A stretch of DNA of 64,000 nucleotides from an uncultured Solirubrobacterales bacterium (GCA_963816755.1 CAWFLN010000008.1:325855-389854), one strand, 5' to 3'. Numbered from the stretch's first letter, positions 9,388 to 19,055 are shown. Program-made: numbers and translations. Notes: generated by a model not told the origin, from the sequence alone.

Positions 9388-10593
9388 TTGGAAATTGAAA
9401 TCGGCCGCGGCAAGAAAGGGCGGCGCGCATACGGATTCGACGACATCGCGATCGTCCCGTCGCGCCGCACCCGGGACCCCGACGACATCGACATCAGCTG
9501 GACCCTCGGCCCCTACCGTTTCGACCTGCCGCTGGTCGCCTCGGCGATGGACGGGGTCGTCAGCCCTGACACCGCGGTGCTGGTCAACGAGCTCGGCGGC
9601 CTTGGAGTTCTCAACTTAGAGGGGATCTGGGCCCGCTTCGAGGACGCCGAGGAGCGGCTGGAGCAGATCGCCTCCGCCCCCAAGCACGTCGCCACCCGGC
9701 TGATGCAGGAGATTTACGCCGAGCCCGTCAAGGCGGAGCTGATCGGCAGGCGGGTCGCCGAAATCAAGGCCCGCGGCGCCGTCGCCTGCGGCTCGCTGAC
9801 CCCGCAGAAAGTCCGCGAGCACTATGAGGTGGCGGTCGAGGCGGGGTTGGACATCCTGGTCATCCAGGGCACGGTGATCTCGGCCGAACACGTCTCGACC
9901 ACGGTCGAGCCGCTGAACCTGAAGGAGTTCATCGCCGAGGTGCCGGTGCCGACCGTGGTCGGCGGCTGCGCCTCCTACTCGACCGGCCTGCACCTGATGC
10001 GGACCGGCGCCGTCGGCGTCCTCGTCGGGGTCGGCCCCGGCGCCGCCTGCACCACCCGCGGCGTGCTCGGGATCGGCGTTCCCCAGGCGACCGCGATCGC
10101 CGACGTGGCCGCCGCCCGCGCCCAGCACATGCTGGAGACCGGCGAATACGTCAACGTCATCGCCGACGGCGGCATGCGCACCGGCGGCGACGTCTCCAAG
10201 GCGATTGCCTGCGGTGCCGACTCGGTGATGGTCGGCTCGCCCCTGGCCCGCGCCAAGGAGGCGCCCGGCCGCGGCTTCCACTGGGGGATGGCGACCTTCC
10301 ACCCCTCACTGCCCCGCGGCACCCGCGTCTCGACCAAGCAGGACGGCACGATGGAGGAGATCCTGCTCGGGCCGGCCAAGGAGAACGACGGCACCTTCAA
10401 CCTGATGGGGGCGCTGAAAACCTCGATGGCAACCTGCGGCTACGAGGACATCCGCTCCTTCCAGCGCGCCGAGGTGATGGTCGCACCGGCGCTGATGAGC
10501 GAGGGCAAGAAGCTCCAGAACGACCAGGCGGTCGGGATGGGCTCCAACGGGCGGGCGGCTGTCTCGGCGGGGGTGGCCGTCTCGGATGACTGA
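9388..10593 (+). CDS. guaB3: GuaB3-type IMP dehydrogenase family protein (no CBS insert)
   Basis: TTG 9388 follows a GGAGGA RBS, inside ORF 9073..10593. The sequence [31 protein letters not shown]...[10 protein letters not shown]...GGCASY...[26 protein letters not shown] is typical of the actinobacterial GuaB3 family. Confidence 0.85.
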   Translation: MEIEIGRGKKGRRAYGFDDIAIVPSRRTRDPDDIDISWTLGPYRFDLPLVASAMDGVVSPDTAVLVNELGGLGVLNLEGIWARFEDAEERLEQIASAPKHVATRLMQEIYAEPVKAELIGRRVAEIKARGAVACGSLTPQKVREHYEVAVEAGLDILVIQGTVISAEHVSTTVEPLNLKEFIAEVPVPTVVGGCASYSTGLHLMRTGAVGVLVGVGPGAACTTRGVLGIGVPQATAIADVAAARAQHMLETGEYVNVIADGGMRTGGDVSKAIACGADSVMVGSPLARAKEAPGRGFHWGMATFHPSLPRGTRVSTKQDGTMEEILLGPAKENDGTFNLMGALKTSMATCGYEDIRSFQRAEVMVAPALMSEGKKLQNDQAVGMGSNGRAAVSAGVAVSDD

Positions 10594-12172
10594 GCAGGTC
10601 GCCGGCGTCCGCGAGCTCTCGGCGGACGAGGTGCCTGCCGTCGAGGAGGTGCTGGTCCTCGACTTCGGCGGCCAGTACTCGCAGCTGATCGCCCGGCGGA
10701 TCCGCGAATGCGGGGTCTTCGCCGAGCTGCTGCCGTCGACGACCTCGGTCGAGAAGATCCGCGAGCGAGCCCCAAAAGCGCTTGTCCTTTCCGGTGGCCC
10801 CGCCTCGGTCTCCGAGCCGGGGGCGCCGCCGTTCCCGACCCAGCTGCTCGATCTCGAGATCCCGATGCTGGGGATCTGTTACGGGATGCAGGCGATGGTG
10901 CTGGCTCTCGGCGGTCGGGTCGAGTCGGCCGAGGCGGGCGAGTTCGGCCGCACCGACCTGGTCCTCCGCGAAGGCGGCGGCCGCCTGCTGGGCGGCCTGC
11001 CGGAGCAGCAGAGCTGCTGGATGAGCCATCGCGACGCCGTCTTCGAGGCGCCGCAGGGCTTCGCCGCGCTCGCCTCCAGCCCCAGCTCGCCGGTCGCCGC
11101 CTGTGAGTTTCCCGACCGCGGCCTCTACGGCATCCAGTTCCACCCCGAGGTCGTCCACACGCCCTACGGGACCGAGATCCTGACCCGCTTCCTGCGCGAC
11201 GTCGCCGCTTGCGAGCAGCAGTGGTCGCCGCAGTCGGTGATCGCCGAGCAGGTGGCGAAGATCCGCGACCAGGTCGGCGAGGGACGGGTCATCTGCGGCC
11301 TCTCCGGCGGCGTCGATTCCTCGGTCGCGGCGCTGCTCGTCCACAAGGCGGTGGGAGAGAGGCTGACCTGCGTCTTCGTCGACCATGGCCTGATGCGGCT
11401 GAACGAGGCCGAGCAGGTGGTCGAGGCCTTTCGCCAGTTCGGCATCCCGCTGATCCACGTCGATGCCGAAGCGCGCTTCCTCGCCAAGCTGGCTGGCGTC
11501 GAGGACCCGGAGCGCAAGCGCAAGATCATCGGCGAGGAGTTCATCCGCGTCTTCGAGGAGGAGGCGGAGAAGCTCGAGGACGTCGGCTTCCTGGTCCAGG
11601 GCACGCTCTACTCGGACGTGATCGAGTCCGGCGGCTCAGACCACGCGGCGACGATCAAGTCCCACCACAACGTCGGTGGCCTGCCGGAGGAGTTCGACTT
11701 CGACCTGGTCGAGCCGCTGCGGATGCTGTTCAAGGACGAGGTCCGCGCCGTCGGCGCCGAGCTCGGTATGCCGGAGCGGATGGTCTGGCGCCAGCCCTTC
11801 CCGGGTCCCGGCCTGGGGATCCGGATCGTCGGCGGCGAGGTCAATCGCGAGCGCCTCGACATCCTCCGCGCCGCCGACGCGATCCTCCAGGAGGAGATCC
11901 GCGCGGCGGAGCTGTACCGCCAGCTCTGGCAGTCCTTCTGCGTGCTGCCGGTCGTCCGCTCGGTCGGCGTCCAGGGCGACGGTCGCACCTACGCCTACCC
12001 GATCGTGATCCGCGCCGTCACCTCCGACGACGCGATGACCGCCGACTGGGCGCGGCTGCCGTACGACCTCCTGGAGCGGGTCTCCAACCGGATCATCAAC
12101 GAGATTCGCGACGTCAACCGGGTCGCCCTCGACATCTCCTCGAAGCCGCCGGCGACTATCGAGTGGGAGTAA
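10586..12172 (+). CDS. guaA: GMP synthase (glutamine-hydrolysing)
   Basis: Intact ORF 10586..12172 reads [18 protein letters not shown]...ICYGMQ...[10 protein letters not shown]...[10 protein letters not shown]...[10 protein letters not shown]. Confidence 0.95.
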   Translation: MTEQVAGVRELSADEVPAVEEVLVLDFGGQYSQLIARRIRECGVFAELLPSTTSVEKIRERAPKALVLSGGPASVSEPGAPPFPTQLLDLEIPMLGICYGMQAMVLALGGRVESAEAGEFGRTDLVLREGGGRLLGGLPEQQSCWMSHRDAVFEAPQGFAALASSPSSPVAACEFPDRGLYGIQFHPEVVHTPYGTEILTRFLRDVAACEQQWSPQSVIAEQVAKIRDQVGEGRVICGLSGGVDSSVAALLVHKAVGERLTCVFVDHGLMRLNEAEQVVEAFRQFGIPLIHVDAEARFLAKLAGVEDPERKRKIIGEEFIRVFEEEAEKLEDVGFLVQGTLYSDVIESGGSDHAATIKSHHNVGGLPEEFDFDLVEPLRMLFKDEVRAVGAELGMPERMVWRQPFPGPGLGIRIVGGEVNRERLDILRAADAILQEEIRAAELYRQLWQSFCVLPVVRSVGVQGDGRTYAYPIVIRAVTSDDAMTADWARLPYDLLERVSNRIINEIRDVNRVALDISSKPPATIEWE

Positions 12173-12196
12173 GGGGGCGGACGAGGGTTTGCCGAT

Positions 12197-12303
12197 GGAA
12201 GCTCGGGTTCCCCTCGCTCAGAAGCCGTCGCGCAGCTGGGGCGCCCTGTCAGGGTTCGGAGCGCCTGCGCATGAGCTTCTGAGCGAGGGGAACCCGAGCC
12301 TCC
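12197..12303 (+). repeat. Family A hairpin repeat, copy A1 (sense to guaA)
   Basis: A perfect 25-nt inverted repeat (12201-12225, gctcgggttcccctcgctcagaagc, and 12275-12299) closes a 49-nt loop: cgtcgcgcagctggggcgccctgtcagggttcggagcgcctgcgcatga. The loop is conserved in copies A2-A4. Confidence 0.8.
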
Positions 12304-12326
12304 GACGCAAAGCTCTCCTCCTTTTG

Positions 12327-12385
12327 GAGCTTCCGGCTCACGGAAGCTGCCGTCCCTTAAAAGCTTCCGGCTCACGGAAGCTGCC
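12327..12385. repeat. Direct duplication of a small hairpin (agcttccggctcacggaagct) in the spacer between A1 and A2
   Basis: The 24-nt core agcttccggctcacggaagctgcc occurs at 12328-12351 and again at 12362-12385. The base preceding it differs (g at 12327, a at 12361). Each copy is itself an 8-bp stem with a 5-nt loop. Confidence 0.7.
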
Positions 12386-12413
12386 CACCCGGAGCGGGGG
12401 GGGCGGTTCGGGA

Positions 12414-12521
12414 GGAGGGGGTCGGGAGCCTCTGCCCAGAAGCTCACGCGCCAGCACTCCGCACCCCGGCAAGCGCCCCAGCTGCGCGACGGCTTCTGGG
12501 CAGAGGCTCCCGACCCCCTCC
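12414..12521 (-). repeat. Family A hairpin repeat, copy A2 (inverted relative to A1; sense to the minus-strand ArsR gene)
   Basis: Perfect 30-nt arms at 12414-12443 and 12492-12521. The reverse complement of the loop is cgtcgcgcagctggggcgcttgccggggtgcggagtgctggcgcgtga, the same core as A1. Confidence 0.8.
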
Positions 12522-12548
12522 CCGCCAACCTCCCGTCCCAAGCACCGT

Positions 12549-13136
12549 CTACGCAGTCATCGACCCGGCCGTCTCGAAGCTGGCCAGCCCGATCACCGTG
12601 GAGATCGAATCCTCTGCGCCGGAGCTGGCGAGGCGATCCTGACTTCGCCGGTGTGCGGCCAGGACGAGGTTGGTCGCCTCTTCCATGATTGCCGCCACCT
12701 CCCCCCAGCCGGTCTGGTCGAGGAGCAGGGGCATCCAGCGGAAGGTGGTGTTCTCGCGGCCGTCGAGCGTGCCCGCTTCCAGCGCTGCGATGGCCTTGTC
12801 GAGAAAGGTCTGCAGGGTGGCGGCGGAAACCCCGCCGAGAACCGAACGGGGCACCTTGCGCCAGGCGCGGTCGCCGACGAAGGAGCCCGGGGACGCCTTG
12901 TAGAAGTGCTCGGTGGCGCCGCGTTTCTGTGCGGTGTCGACCAGATCCAGGCAGCCGCACTTATCGAGCGCCCTGGTGTGGTAGGCGACGTGGCTGAGCC
13001 CGGCATCCAGTCGCTCCGAGAGCCAGATCGGGCTGGCGACCCGTTCGGTCAGGATTTCGAGGATCTGCACGCGCAACGGGTGGGCGAGGGCTCTAACCAG
13101 GCGCTGGTCGATCGATTCTGGTCTTTCTTGCTTCAT
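12549..13136 (-). CDS. ArsR-type winged-helix transcriptional regulator with a C-terminal extension
   Basis: ORF 12549..13136 reads ALAHPLRVQILEILTERVASPIWLSERLDAGLSHVAYHTRALDKCGCLDLV, followed by about 100 aa of unassigned sequence. Confidence 0.7.
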   Translation of the reverse strand: MKQERPESIDQRLVRALAHPLRVQILEILTERVASPIWLSERLDAGLSHVAYHTRALDKCGCLDLVDTAQKRGATEHFYKASPGSFVGDRAWRKVPRSVLGGVSAATLQTFLDKAIAALEAGTLDGRENTTFRWMPLLLDQTGWGEVAAIMEEATNLVLAAHRRSQDRLASSGAEDSISTVIGLASFETAGSMTA

Positions 13137-13172
13137 GGTGGCTCCTTCGGTGGGATTGGCCCATCTAGGTTC

Positions 13173-13200
13173 ATTGCTTACTCAATGCGCTGTGAGCAAT
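13173..13200. promoter_or_regulatory. Candidate operator palindrome in the divergent ArsR / metal-ABC intergenic region
   Basis: attgcttac-N10-gtgagcaat has 9-nt arms with one mismatch. It sits in a comparatively AT-rich 210-bp divergent promoter region. Confidence 0.25.
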
Positions 13201-13347
13201 TATCCGGATCAATCAGAAGAACCCCAACCCCATTTTTCAAGCAATTTCCTCGCACCGTTGGCTGGGAATCGAGGCGCTCACGGCGACACGCCGGGCGTGG
13301 GGGACATAAAAGAGAACAAGTCTCAATATCGTGTAGGCTGCGCGCCG

Positions 13348-14271
13348 ATGCGTTCCCGGATCCCCGCCTTCCTCCTTGTTGCGCTCGCCACCCTGTGCCT
13401 CTTCCAGCTCGCCGGTTGTGGCGGCTCCGGCTCCGGCTCGACCTCGGGCAAGCTGCAGGTGGTTGCGGCGGAGGACTTCTGGGGCAGCATCGCCGCCCAG
13501 CTCGGGGGCGACCGGGTGCAGGTGACGGAGCATCATCGCCAACCCCGCCGCCGACCCGCACGACTACGAACCGACCAGCGAAGACGCACGCACGATGGCC
13601 GGCGCCCAGATGGCGATCGTCAACGGGATCGGCTACGACGAATGGGCGACGAAGCTGCTCGCCGCCGACCCGGAATCCGATCGGGTCGAGCTCGACGGTC
13701 GGGGAGCCTGCTCGGCCTCGGGGACGGCGACAACCCGCACCAGTGGTACTCGCCGAGCTCGGTGCAGAAGGTGATCGACCGGATAACCGCCGACTACAAG
13801 CGGGCCGATCCCGGCAACGACTCCTACTTCGACCGGCGGCGCACCGCCTTCGAGACAGAAGGGCCTCGCCGAATACCACAGCCTGATCTCGCAGATCGAG
13901 GCCACCTACTCGGGGACCCCGGTCGGCGCCTCGGAGAGCATCTTCGAACCGCTGGCGCCGGCCCTGGGCCTGAAGCTGATCACCCCGAGGGGCTTCATGG
14001 ACGCGATCGCCGAGGGGACCGAACCGACCCCCGCCGACAAGGCGACGGCCGACCGGCAGATCGCCGCCAACCGGATCGCGATCTGGGTCTACAACAGCCA
14101 GAACGCGACCCCGGACGTTCAGCGCCTCGGACGACGCCGCCGGGGCGGCGGGGATCCCGATCGCGACGCGTGACCGAGACGCTGACCCCCGAAGGTGCCA
14201 GCTTCCAGGCCTGGATGTCGCGGCAGCTGAAGGGGCTGCGGGCGGCACTCGCCAGGGCCGGCGGGACGTGA
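13348..14271 (+). CDS. Metal (Zn/Mn) ABC transporter substrate-binding lipoprotein, ZnuA/TroA family (multiple frameshifts)
   Basis: ATG 13348 is followed by a lipobox (LFQLAGCGG). Joining fragments across frames gives ...ANPAADPHDYEPTSEDAR...IVNGIGYDEW...GDNPHQWYSP...ATVTETLTPEGASFQAWM. At least three frame changes are needed. Confidence 0.75.
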   Translation: MRSRIPAFLLVALATLCLFQLAGCGGSGSGSTSGKLQVVAAEDFWGSIAAQLGGDRVQVTEHHRQPRRRPARLRTDQRRRTHDGRRPDGDRQRDRLRRMGDEAARRRPGIRSGRARRSGSLLGLGDGDNPHQWYSPSSVQKVIDRITADYKRADPGNDSYFDRRRTAFETEGPRRIPQPDLADRGHLLGDPGRRLGEHLRTAGAGPGPEADHPEGLHGRDRRGDRTDPRRQGDGRPADRRQPDRDLGLQQPERDPGRSAPRTTPPGRRGSRSRRVTETLTPEGASFQAWMSRQLKGLRAALARAGGT

Positions 14272-15100
14272 GCGGCGGCGACGCGATCCGGCTCGAGGGG
14301 GCTACCGCCAGCCGCGGCGGCGCGTCCCGTCTGGTCCGGCGTCGACCTGACGATCGGCGCCGGCGAGTTCGTCGCCGTGCTCGGGCCCAACGGCGCCGGC
14401 AAGTCGACGCTGCTCGACGTCGTCCTCGGCCTGCTGCCGCTGAGCGCCGGGCGGGGCAGCGTGCTCGGCGCAGCGCCGGGCTCGGCCAGGCGCCGGATCG
14501 GCTACCTGCCGCAGCGCCGCAGCTTCGACGCCGGCACCCGGATCCGCGGCATCGACGTCGTCCGCCTCGGCCTCGACGGCGGTCGCTGGGGCCTGCCGCT
14601 GCCCGCCGCGCTCAGCTCGTCGGGCAGGCGGGCCGCCGCCAGGGTCGAGGAGACGATCGAGCTGGTCGGCGCCGGCGCCTACGCGTCGCGCCCGATCGGC
14701 GAGCTCTCGGGCGGCGAGCAGCAGCGGCTGCTGATCGCCCAGGCGCTGGTGCGACGCCCGCAGATGCTGCTGCTCGACGAGCCGCTCGACAGCCTCGACC
14801 TCCGCAACCAGAGCGCCGTGGCCGGCGCTGGTGCAGCGGATCTGCGAGAGCGAGGGGGTGACGGTCCTGCTGGTCGCCCACGACGTCAACCCGATCCTCG
14901 GCTACCTCGACCGCGTCGTCTACTTCGCCGGCGGCCGGGGGGTGGAGGGAGCGCCGCGCGAGGTGATCACGGCGCCGACGCTGAGCCGCCTCTACGGCGT
15001 CCCGATCGAGGTGCTCGAAACCTCCGACGGCCGCCTGGTCGTCGTCGGCACCCCCGAGCCGCCGGCCCACCACCACTCCCGCCACGGTCATGAGCACTGA
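14268..15100 (+). CDS. Metal ABC transporter ATP-binding protein (two frameshifts)
   Basis: GTG 14268 overlaps the upstream stop. Walker A is LGPNGAGKSTLL, the signature is LSGGEQQRL, and Walker B is LLLDEP (ORF 14377..15093). The C-terminus with a His-rich tail ...PPAHHHSRHGHEH is in ORF 14831..15100. Confidence 0.8.
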
Positions 15101-15975
15101 GATCGCCGCCCTCTCCTGGAACCCGGTCGGCGACTTCGAACAGCTGACGACCTTCCCCTTCATGGTCCAGGCGCTGCAGGCGGGCACGATCGTCGCGGTG
15201 ATGGCCGGGGCGATCGGCTGGTTCATGGTGCTGCGCCGCCAGACCTTCGCCGGCCACACGCTCTCGGTGATCGCCTTCCCCGGCGCTGCCGGCGCGACGC
15301 TGGCAGGGCTGCCGATCGCGCTCGGCTACTTCGGCGCCTGCGGGCTCGGGGCGCTGGCGCTCGCCGCTGGTGGGCCGGTCCGGACGGAGCGGCCTCAGCA
15401 GCGAGTCGGCGGCGATCGGCACCGTCCAGGCCTTCGGCCTCGGCCTCGGCTTCCTCTTCGTCAGCCTCTACGGCGGCCAGCTCACCGGCCTCGAGACGCT
15501 GCTCTTCGGCACCTTCCTCGGCATCACCGCGGGCCAGGTGCAGACGCTGCTCTGGGTCGCCCTCGCCGCCCTCGCCGTTCTCGCCGCTGATCGGCACGGC
15601 CGCTGCTGTTCGCCTCGGTCGACGCAGCCGTCGCTCGCGCCGCGGGCGTGCCGACCCGCCTCCTCGGCCTCGCCTTCCTGCTGCTGCTCGGGATGGCGGT
15701 GGCGGCGACCGCCGAGATCACCGGCGCCCTGCTCGTCTTCGCCCTGCTGGTGACCCCGGCGGCGACCGCCCAGCAGATCACCGCCCGGCCCGGTCCGGGC
15801 CTCGCCCTCTCGGTCGCCGTTCGCCCTCGCGGTCACCTGGGTCGGGCTCGGGATCGCCTACTTCTCGCCCTATCCGGTCGGCTTCTGGGTGACGACGCTC
15901 TCCTTCGGCCTGTACGTCGCGGTGCGGGCCGTCGGGCATCTGCTTTCAGGCCGTGCCGCCGGGGTACCGGCCTGA
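15090..15975 (+). CDS. Metal ABC transporter permease 1 (ZnuB/TroC-like; several frameshifts)
   Basis: Fragments come from ORFs 15090.., 15370.. and 15648.. They read FMVQALQAGTIVAVMAGAIGWFMVLRRQTFAGHTLS..., LLFGTFLGIT..., LLVFALLVTPAATAQQ. Confidence 0.75.
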
Positions 15976-16850
15976 TGTTCGCCCACGAGTTCATGCGCAA
16001 CGCCTTCCTCGCCGGCACCTTCGTCGCCCTGGCCTGCGGCTTGGTCGGCTACTTCGTCGTGCTGCGCAGCCAGGTCTTCGCCGGCGACGCGCTCAGCCAC
16101 GTCGCCTTCACCGGCGCGCTCGCCGCCGCCGCGGCCGGGATCGACGTCCGGGTCGGTCTCTTCGCCGCGACGCTCGTCGTCGCCGCGGGGATGGGCGCGC
16201 TGGGCGACCGGGCCCGCTCCGACGACGTCGTGATCGGCACCGTCTTCGCCTGGGTCCTCGGCCTCGGCGCGCTCTTCCTCTCGATCTTCGTCAGCGGCTC
16301 GAGCGGATCCGACGGCACCGCGGCCGTCCGCGTCCTCTTCGGCTCGATCCTCGGCCTCTCCGCCGGCGACGCCCGCCTCGCGGCCGCTGGTCGCGATCGT
16401 CGCCTCGCTGGCGCTCGCTGGCGATCGCGCGCCCGCTGCTGTTCGGCTCGATCGACCCGGAGGTGGCGCGCGGCCTCGGCCTGCCGGTACGGGCGCTGGG
16501 CATCGGCTTCTTCCTGATCCTCGCCGCTGCTCGCCGCCGAGGCGACGCAGGCGGTCGGCGCGCTGCTGCTGCTCGGGCTGCTGGCGGCGCCCGGCGGCGC
16601 GGCGCGGCTGCTGACGGACCGTCCCTGGCACGGCCTGGCGCTCTCGGCGGCGATCGCGGTCGCGGCGATGTGGATCGGCCTCGTCCTCAGCTACGAGATC
16701 CCCTCGTTGCCGACCGGCACCGCGGTGATCGGCGTCGCCACCGCGAGCTTCGCCGGGGCCGCGCTCCTCGCTCGCCTGCGCCGCCGGATCGCAGCGCCGG
16801 TGTCTGGCGGCGGCAGCTTGGACGAGCCGAGATTCGTGGAGGCGTCGTGA
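15975..16850 (+). CDS. Metal ABC transporter permease 2 (ZnuB/TroD-like; frameshifts)
   Basis: ATG 15975 overlaps the upstream TGA. The sequence MFAHEFMRNAFLAGTFVALACGLVGYFVVLRSQVFAGDALSHVAF... has its C-terminal part in ORF 16668..16850. Confidence 0.75.
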
Positions 16851-16873
16851 AGGCAGTCTCTAGGATCGAAGGG

Positions 16874-17319
16874 GTGAGGACGGAGACCCGCGCGAGCTGG
16901 GCGGAGCACGCCCTGGCGACCCTCGCGAGGCCGGCTATCGCCGCGGCGGCGCCCGCACGGCGGTGGTCGAGGCGCTCGCCCGCCACGACTGCGCGGTCAC
17001 CGCCCTCGACCTCGACGACGAGCTGCGCCGTCGCCAGCCGCCGGTCGGCCGGGCCAGCGTCTACCGGGCGCTCGAGCAGCTCGAGCAGCTCGGCCTGGTC
17101 CAGCGCATCGAGGTCTGCCGCGGCACCGCCGGCTACGAGCGGATCGAGCCCGACGGCCATCACCACCACCACGCGATCTGCCGCGACTGCGGTCGCATGG
17201 TCCCCTTCGAGGACTCCTCCCTGGAGCAGGCGATCGGCAGGCTCTCGGAGAGCATCAGCTTCGACGTCACCGAGCACGACGTCGTCCTGCGCGGCACCTG
17301 CGACCGCTGCGCAACCTGA
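16874..17319 (+). CDS. Fur family metalloregulator (Zur-like by context; one frameshift)
   Basis: ORF 16963..17319 reads VYRALEQLEQLGLVQRIE...HHHHAICRDCGRMVPF...CDRC. The N-terminal 20 aa are in another frame from GTG 16874, with one G missing near 16927. Confidence 0.8.
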
Positions 17320-17327
17320 TCTCCGAG

Positions 17328-17444
17328 GAGGCGGCTCAGGCGAAGGACTGGCGCGGACGCAGGGAGGCTGACGCCGGGAGCGCACTCTGTGCGCGACCAA
17401 GTCAGCCGACTGAGGACAAAGCCAGGCCGAGCCTGTGCCGCCTC
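17328..17444 (-). repeat. Family C intergenic repeat, copy C1 (sense to the minus-strand M23 gene)
   Basis: The core ggacgcagggag...gggagcgcactc...gtgcgcgacc...cgactgaggac is the reverse complement of the cores at 42285-42365 and 61440-61500. Flanking arms are gaggcggctcaggc and gcctgtgccgcctc (one mismatch). Confidence 0.65.
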
Positions 17445-18346
17445 AGCTGTAGCTGTCCCACTTTTCGAGGTAGGGAAGCGGGTCGAAGGGGCTGCCGCCC
17501 TCGTACCAGCCGGGCGGCGCCCCAGATCTCGAAGTGGAGGTGGCAGGCGGTGGCGTCGCCGGTGTCGCCGACGATGCCGATCGGCTGGCCGGTGCGGACG
17601 CTGTCGCCGGTGTGCAGCGGCGAGGGTTCGGCCAGGTGCGCGTACATGAAGTCGTAGGCGGTGCCGTTGCCGTCGATGACGATGTAGTTGCCGGCGTCGC
17701 CCTCGTAAGCCCGCGTACTGGACGATGCCGCCGCGGGCGGCGACCAGCGGGGTACCGCAGGCGGCCATCGCGTCCTGGCCCTGGTGGGTGTGGCCGGAGC
17801 GGGGGGCGCCGAAGCGGCCGCCGCCGAGGCCGAATTCGTGCGGGCCGAGGATCGGGAAGGCGTAGCCGTAGAAGGCGAAGCTGAGGCCGAGTGCGGTCGA
17901 CGGGGTGGCCTGGCGGGCGCGGGGCGGCCGCGGTCTGCGGGCTGATCCGGAAGCTGTAGCGGCCGTTGCGGGCCGGCCGGCCTTCGGCGGTGGTGCCGTC
18001 CCAGCGGATGCTCGTTGGGCACGCCGGGCGCGACGTCTTCGCGGTAGAAGGTCTTGACGACTTCGCCGGCGGCGTTGACGACGTCGATCCGCAGGTCGTT
18101 CTGCGGCTGGCTGCTGCCGATCGTGTAGCTGAGGCGCGGGAAGCGGTAGCCGAAGTAGAAGGACTTGCGCGGGGTCGTTTCGGCCGAGACGAGGGTCAGG
18201 GTGCCGGCGCTGGGCGCGCTCGAGGGAGCCCCGGCCGGGCTGCCCGGCGGCGGCGGGGCGCCGATCGGGGTCGGGGCGCCGCCGGTCGTCGCCGAGGCGG
18301 TGCCGGCGAAGGCGGTCAGCAGCGCCGTCGCTGCGACTGTGCACAT
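17443..18346 (-). CDS. Secreted M23 family peptidoglycan metalloendopeptidase (several frameshifts)
   Basis: Signal peptide MCTVAATALLTAFAGTASA. Motifs are HTHQGQD (ORF 17160..18344 frame), NYIVIDGNGTAYDFMYAHL and DTGDATACHLHFEIW (ORF 17402..18388 frame). The C-terminus GSPFDPLPYLEKWDSYS is in a third frame. Confidence 0.75.
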
Positions 18347-18404
18347 CTTTCCGGCCAAGCCCGGCCGGGCATATCCGTTGTCGCGCACCGCTAGCCCTCT
18401 CTTT

Positions 18405-18550
18405 CGATCGCCTACGGAGTTAGCTGTCGGGCTCGCGCTGAAAGAGATGCGCTACGGACCGTTTCGTCCGATTCGCCCCTGAGACCTGCAACGGTCTCTT
18501 CGGTTCCTCCGCTCCCGTTCGGACGCCCGGACGGGATTCGGCACTGCTGG
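18405..18550 (-). promoter_or_regulatory. Cyclic-di-AMP riboswitch (ydaO/yuaA class) in the 5' leader of the M23 peptidase gene
   Basis: The minus strand reads GUGCCGAAUC-hairpin-AGCGGAGGAACCGA-hairpin-AGGGGCGAAUCGGAC...GAGCCCGACAGCUAACUCCGUAGGCG. This matches the pseudo-twofold ydaO consensus (two GAAUC blocks, a GGGGA(A)CC block, and the 3' ACAGCUAAC-UCGUA-GCG block). A CCGGCC/GGCCGG hairpin lies just before the ATG. Confidence 0.7.
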
Positions 18551-18622
18551 CGCGGCAGTATAGACAGCGGGATGGCTATGATCCCCCGGCCGCGTGGGGT
18601 TCGACCGCGCGGCTTTTCCACG

Positions 18623-19055
18623 ATGAAGACCTTTGTCGCCACCCCCGCCAACCGCCAGCGAGACTGGTACGTCGTCGACGCCGAGGGCAAGACCCTGGGC
18701 CGCCTGGCGACCCAGATCGCCGACGCGCTGCGCGGCAAGCGCAAGCCCGAGTACACGCCGCACATCGACACCGGCGACTTCATCGTCGTCGTCAACGCGG
18801 AGAAGATCCGGGTCACCGGCGACAAGCTGGCGCAGAAGACCTACTGGCGCCACAGCGGCTATCCCGGCGGGATCAAGTCGCGGACGCTGGCCGAGATGCT
18901 CGATCGCCGGCCGGAGGAAGTGATCCGCAAGGCCGTCAAGGGCATGCTGCCGCGCAACCGCCTCGCCCGCCAGCAGCTGACCAAGCTGAAGGTCTACGCC
19001 GGCCCCGAGCATCCCGCACGCGGCCCAGCAGCCGAAACCGATGGAGACGACTTGA
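18623..19055 (+). CDS. rplM: 50S ribosomal protein L13 (one frameshift near the 3' end)
   Basis: [33 protein letters not shown]...[11 protein letters not shown]. Removing one C from the run at 19013-19015 restores ...[12 protein letters not shown] and a stop at 19053-19055. Confidence 0.9.

Noticed and set aside
12226-12274. tRNA-like features in the family A core: GCGCAGCTGGGGCGC (D-arm-like) and CAGGGTTCGGA (T-loop-like).
   Set aside because: There is no anticodon arm and no acceptor/CCA geometry. The short stems are not maintained in all four copies. The evidence is too weak to call the core tRNA-derived.
12197-12521. The possibility that the repeated hairpin elements are a CRISPR array or a MITE with terminal inverted repeats.
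   Set aside because: There is no regular repeat-spacer periodicity and there are no cas genes. The conserved part is the loop, and the inverted arms differ between copies. That is the opposite of a MITE, whose conserved TIRs flank a variable interior. No target-site duplication or transposase was seen.
18580-18622. A GGTTCGA (T-loop-like) motif and small hairpin upstream of rplM, considered as a tRNA or L13 leader.
   Set aside because: No cloverleaf can be drawn. I cannot support a conserved leader structure from one sequence.
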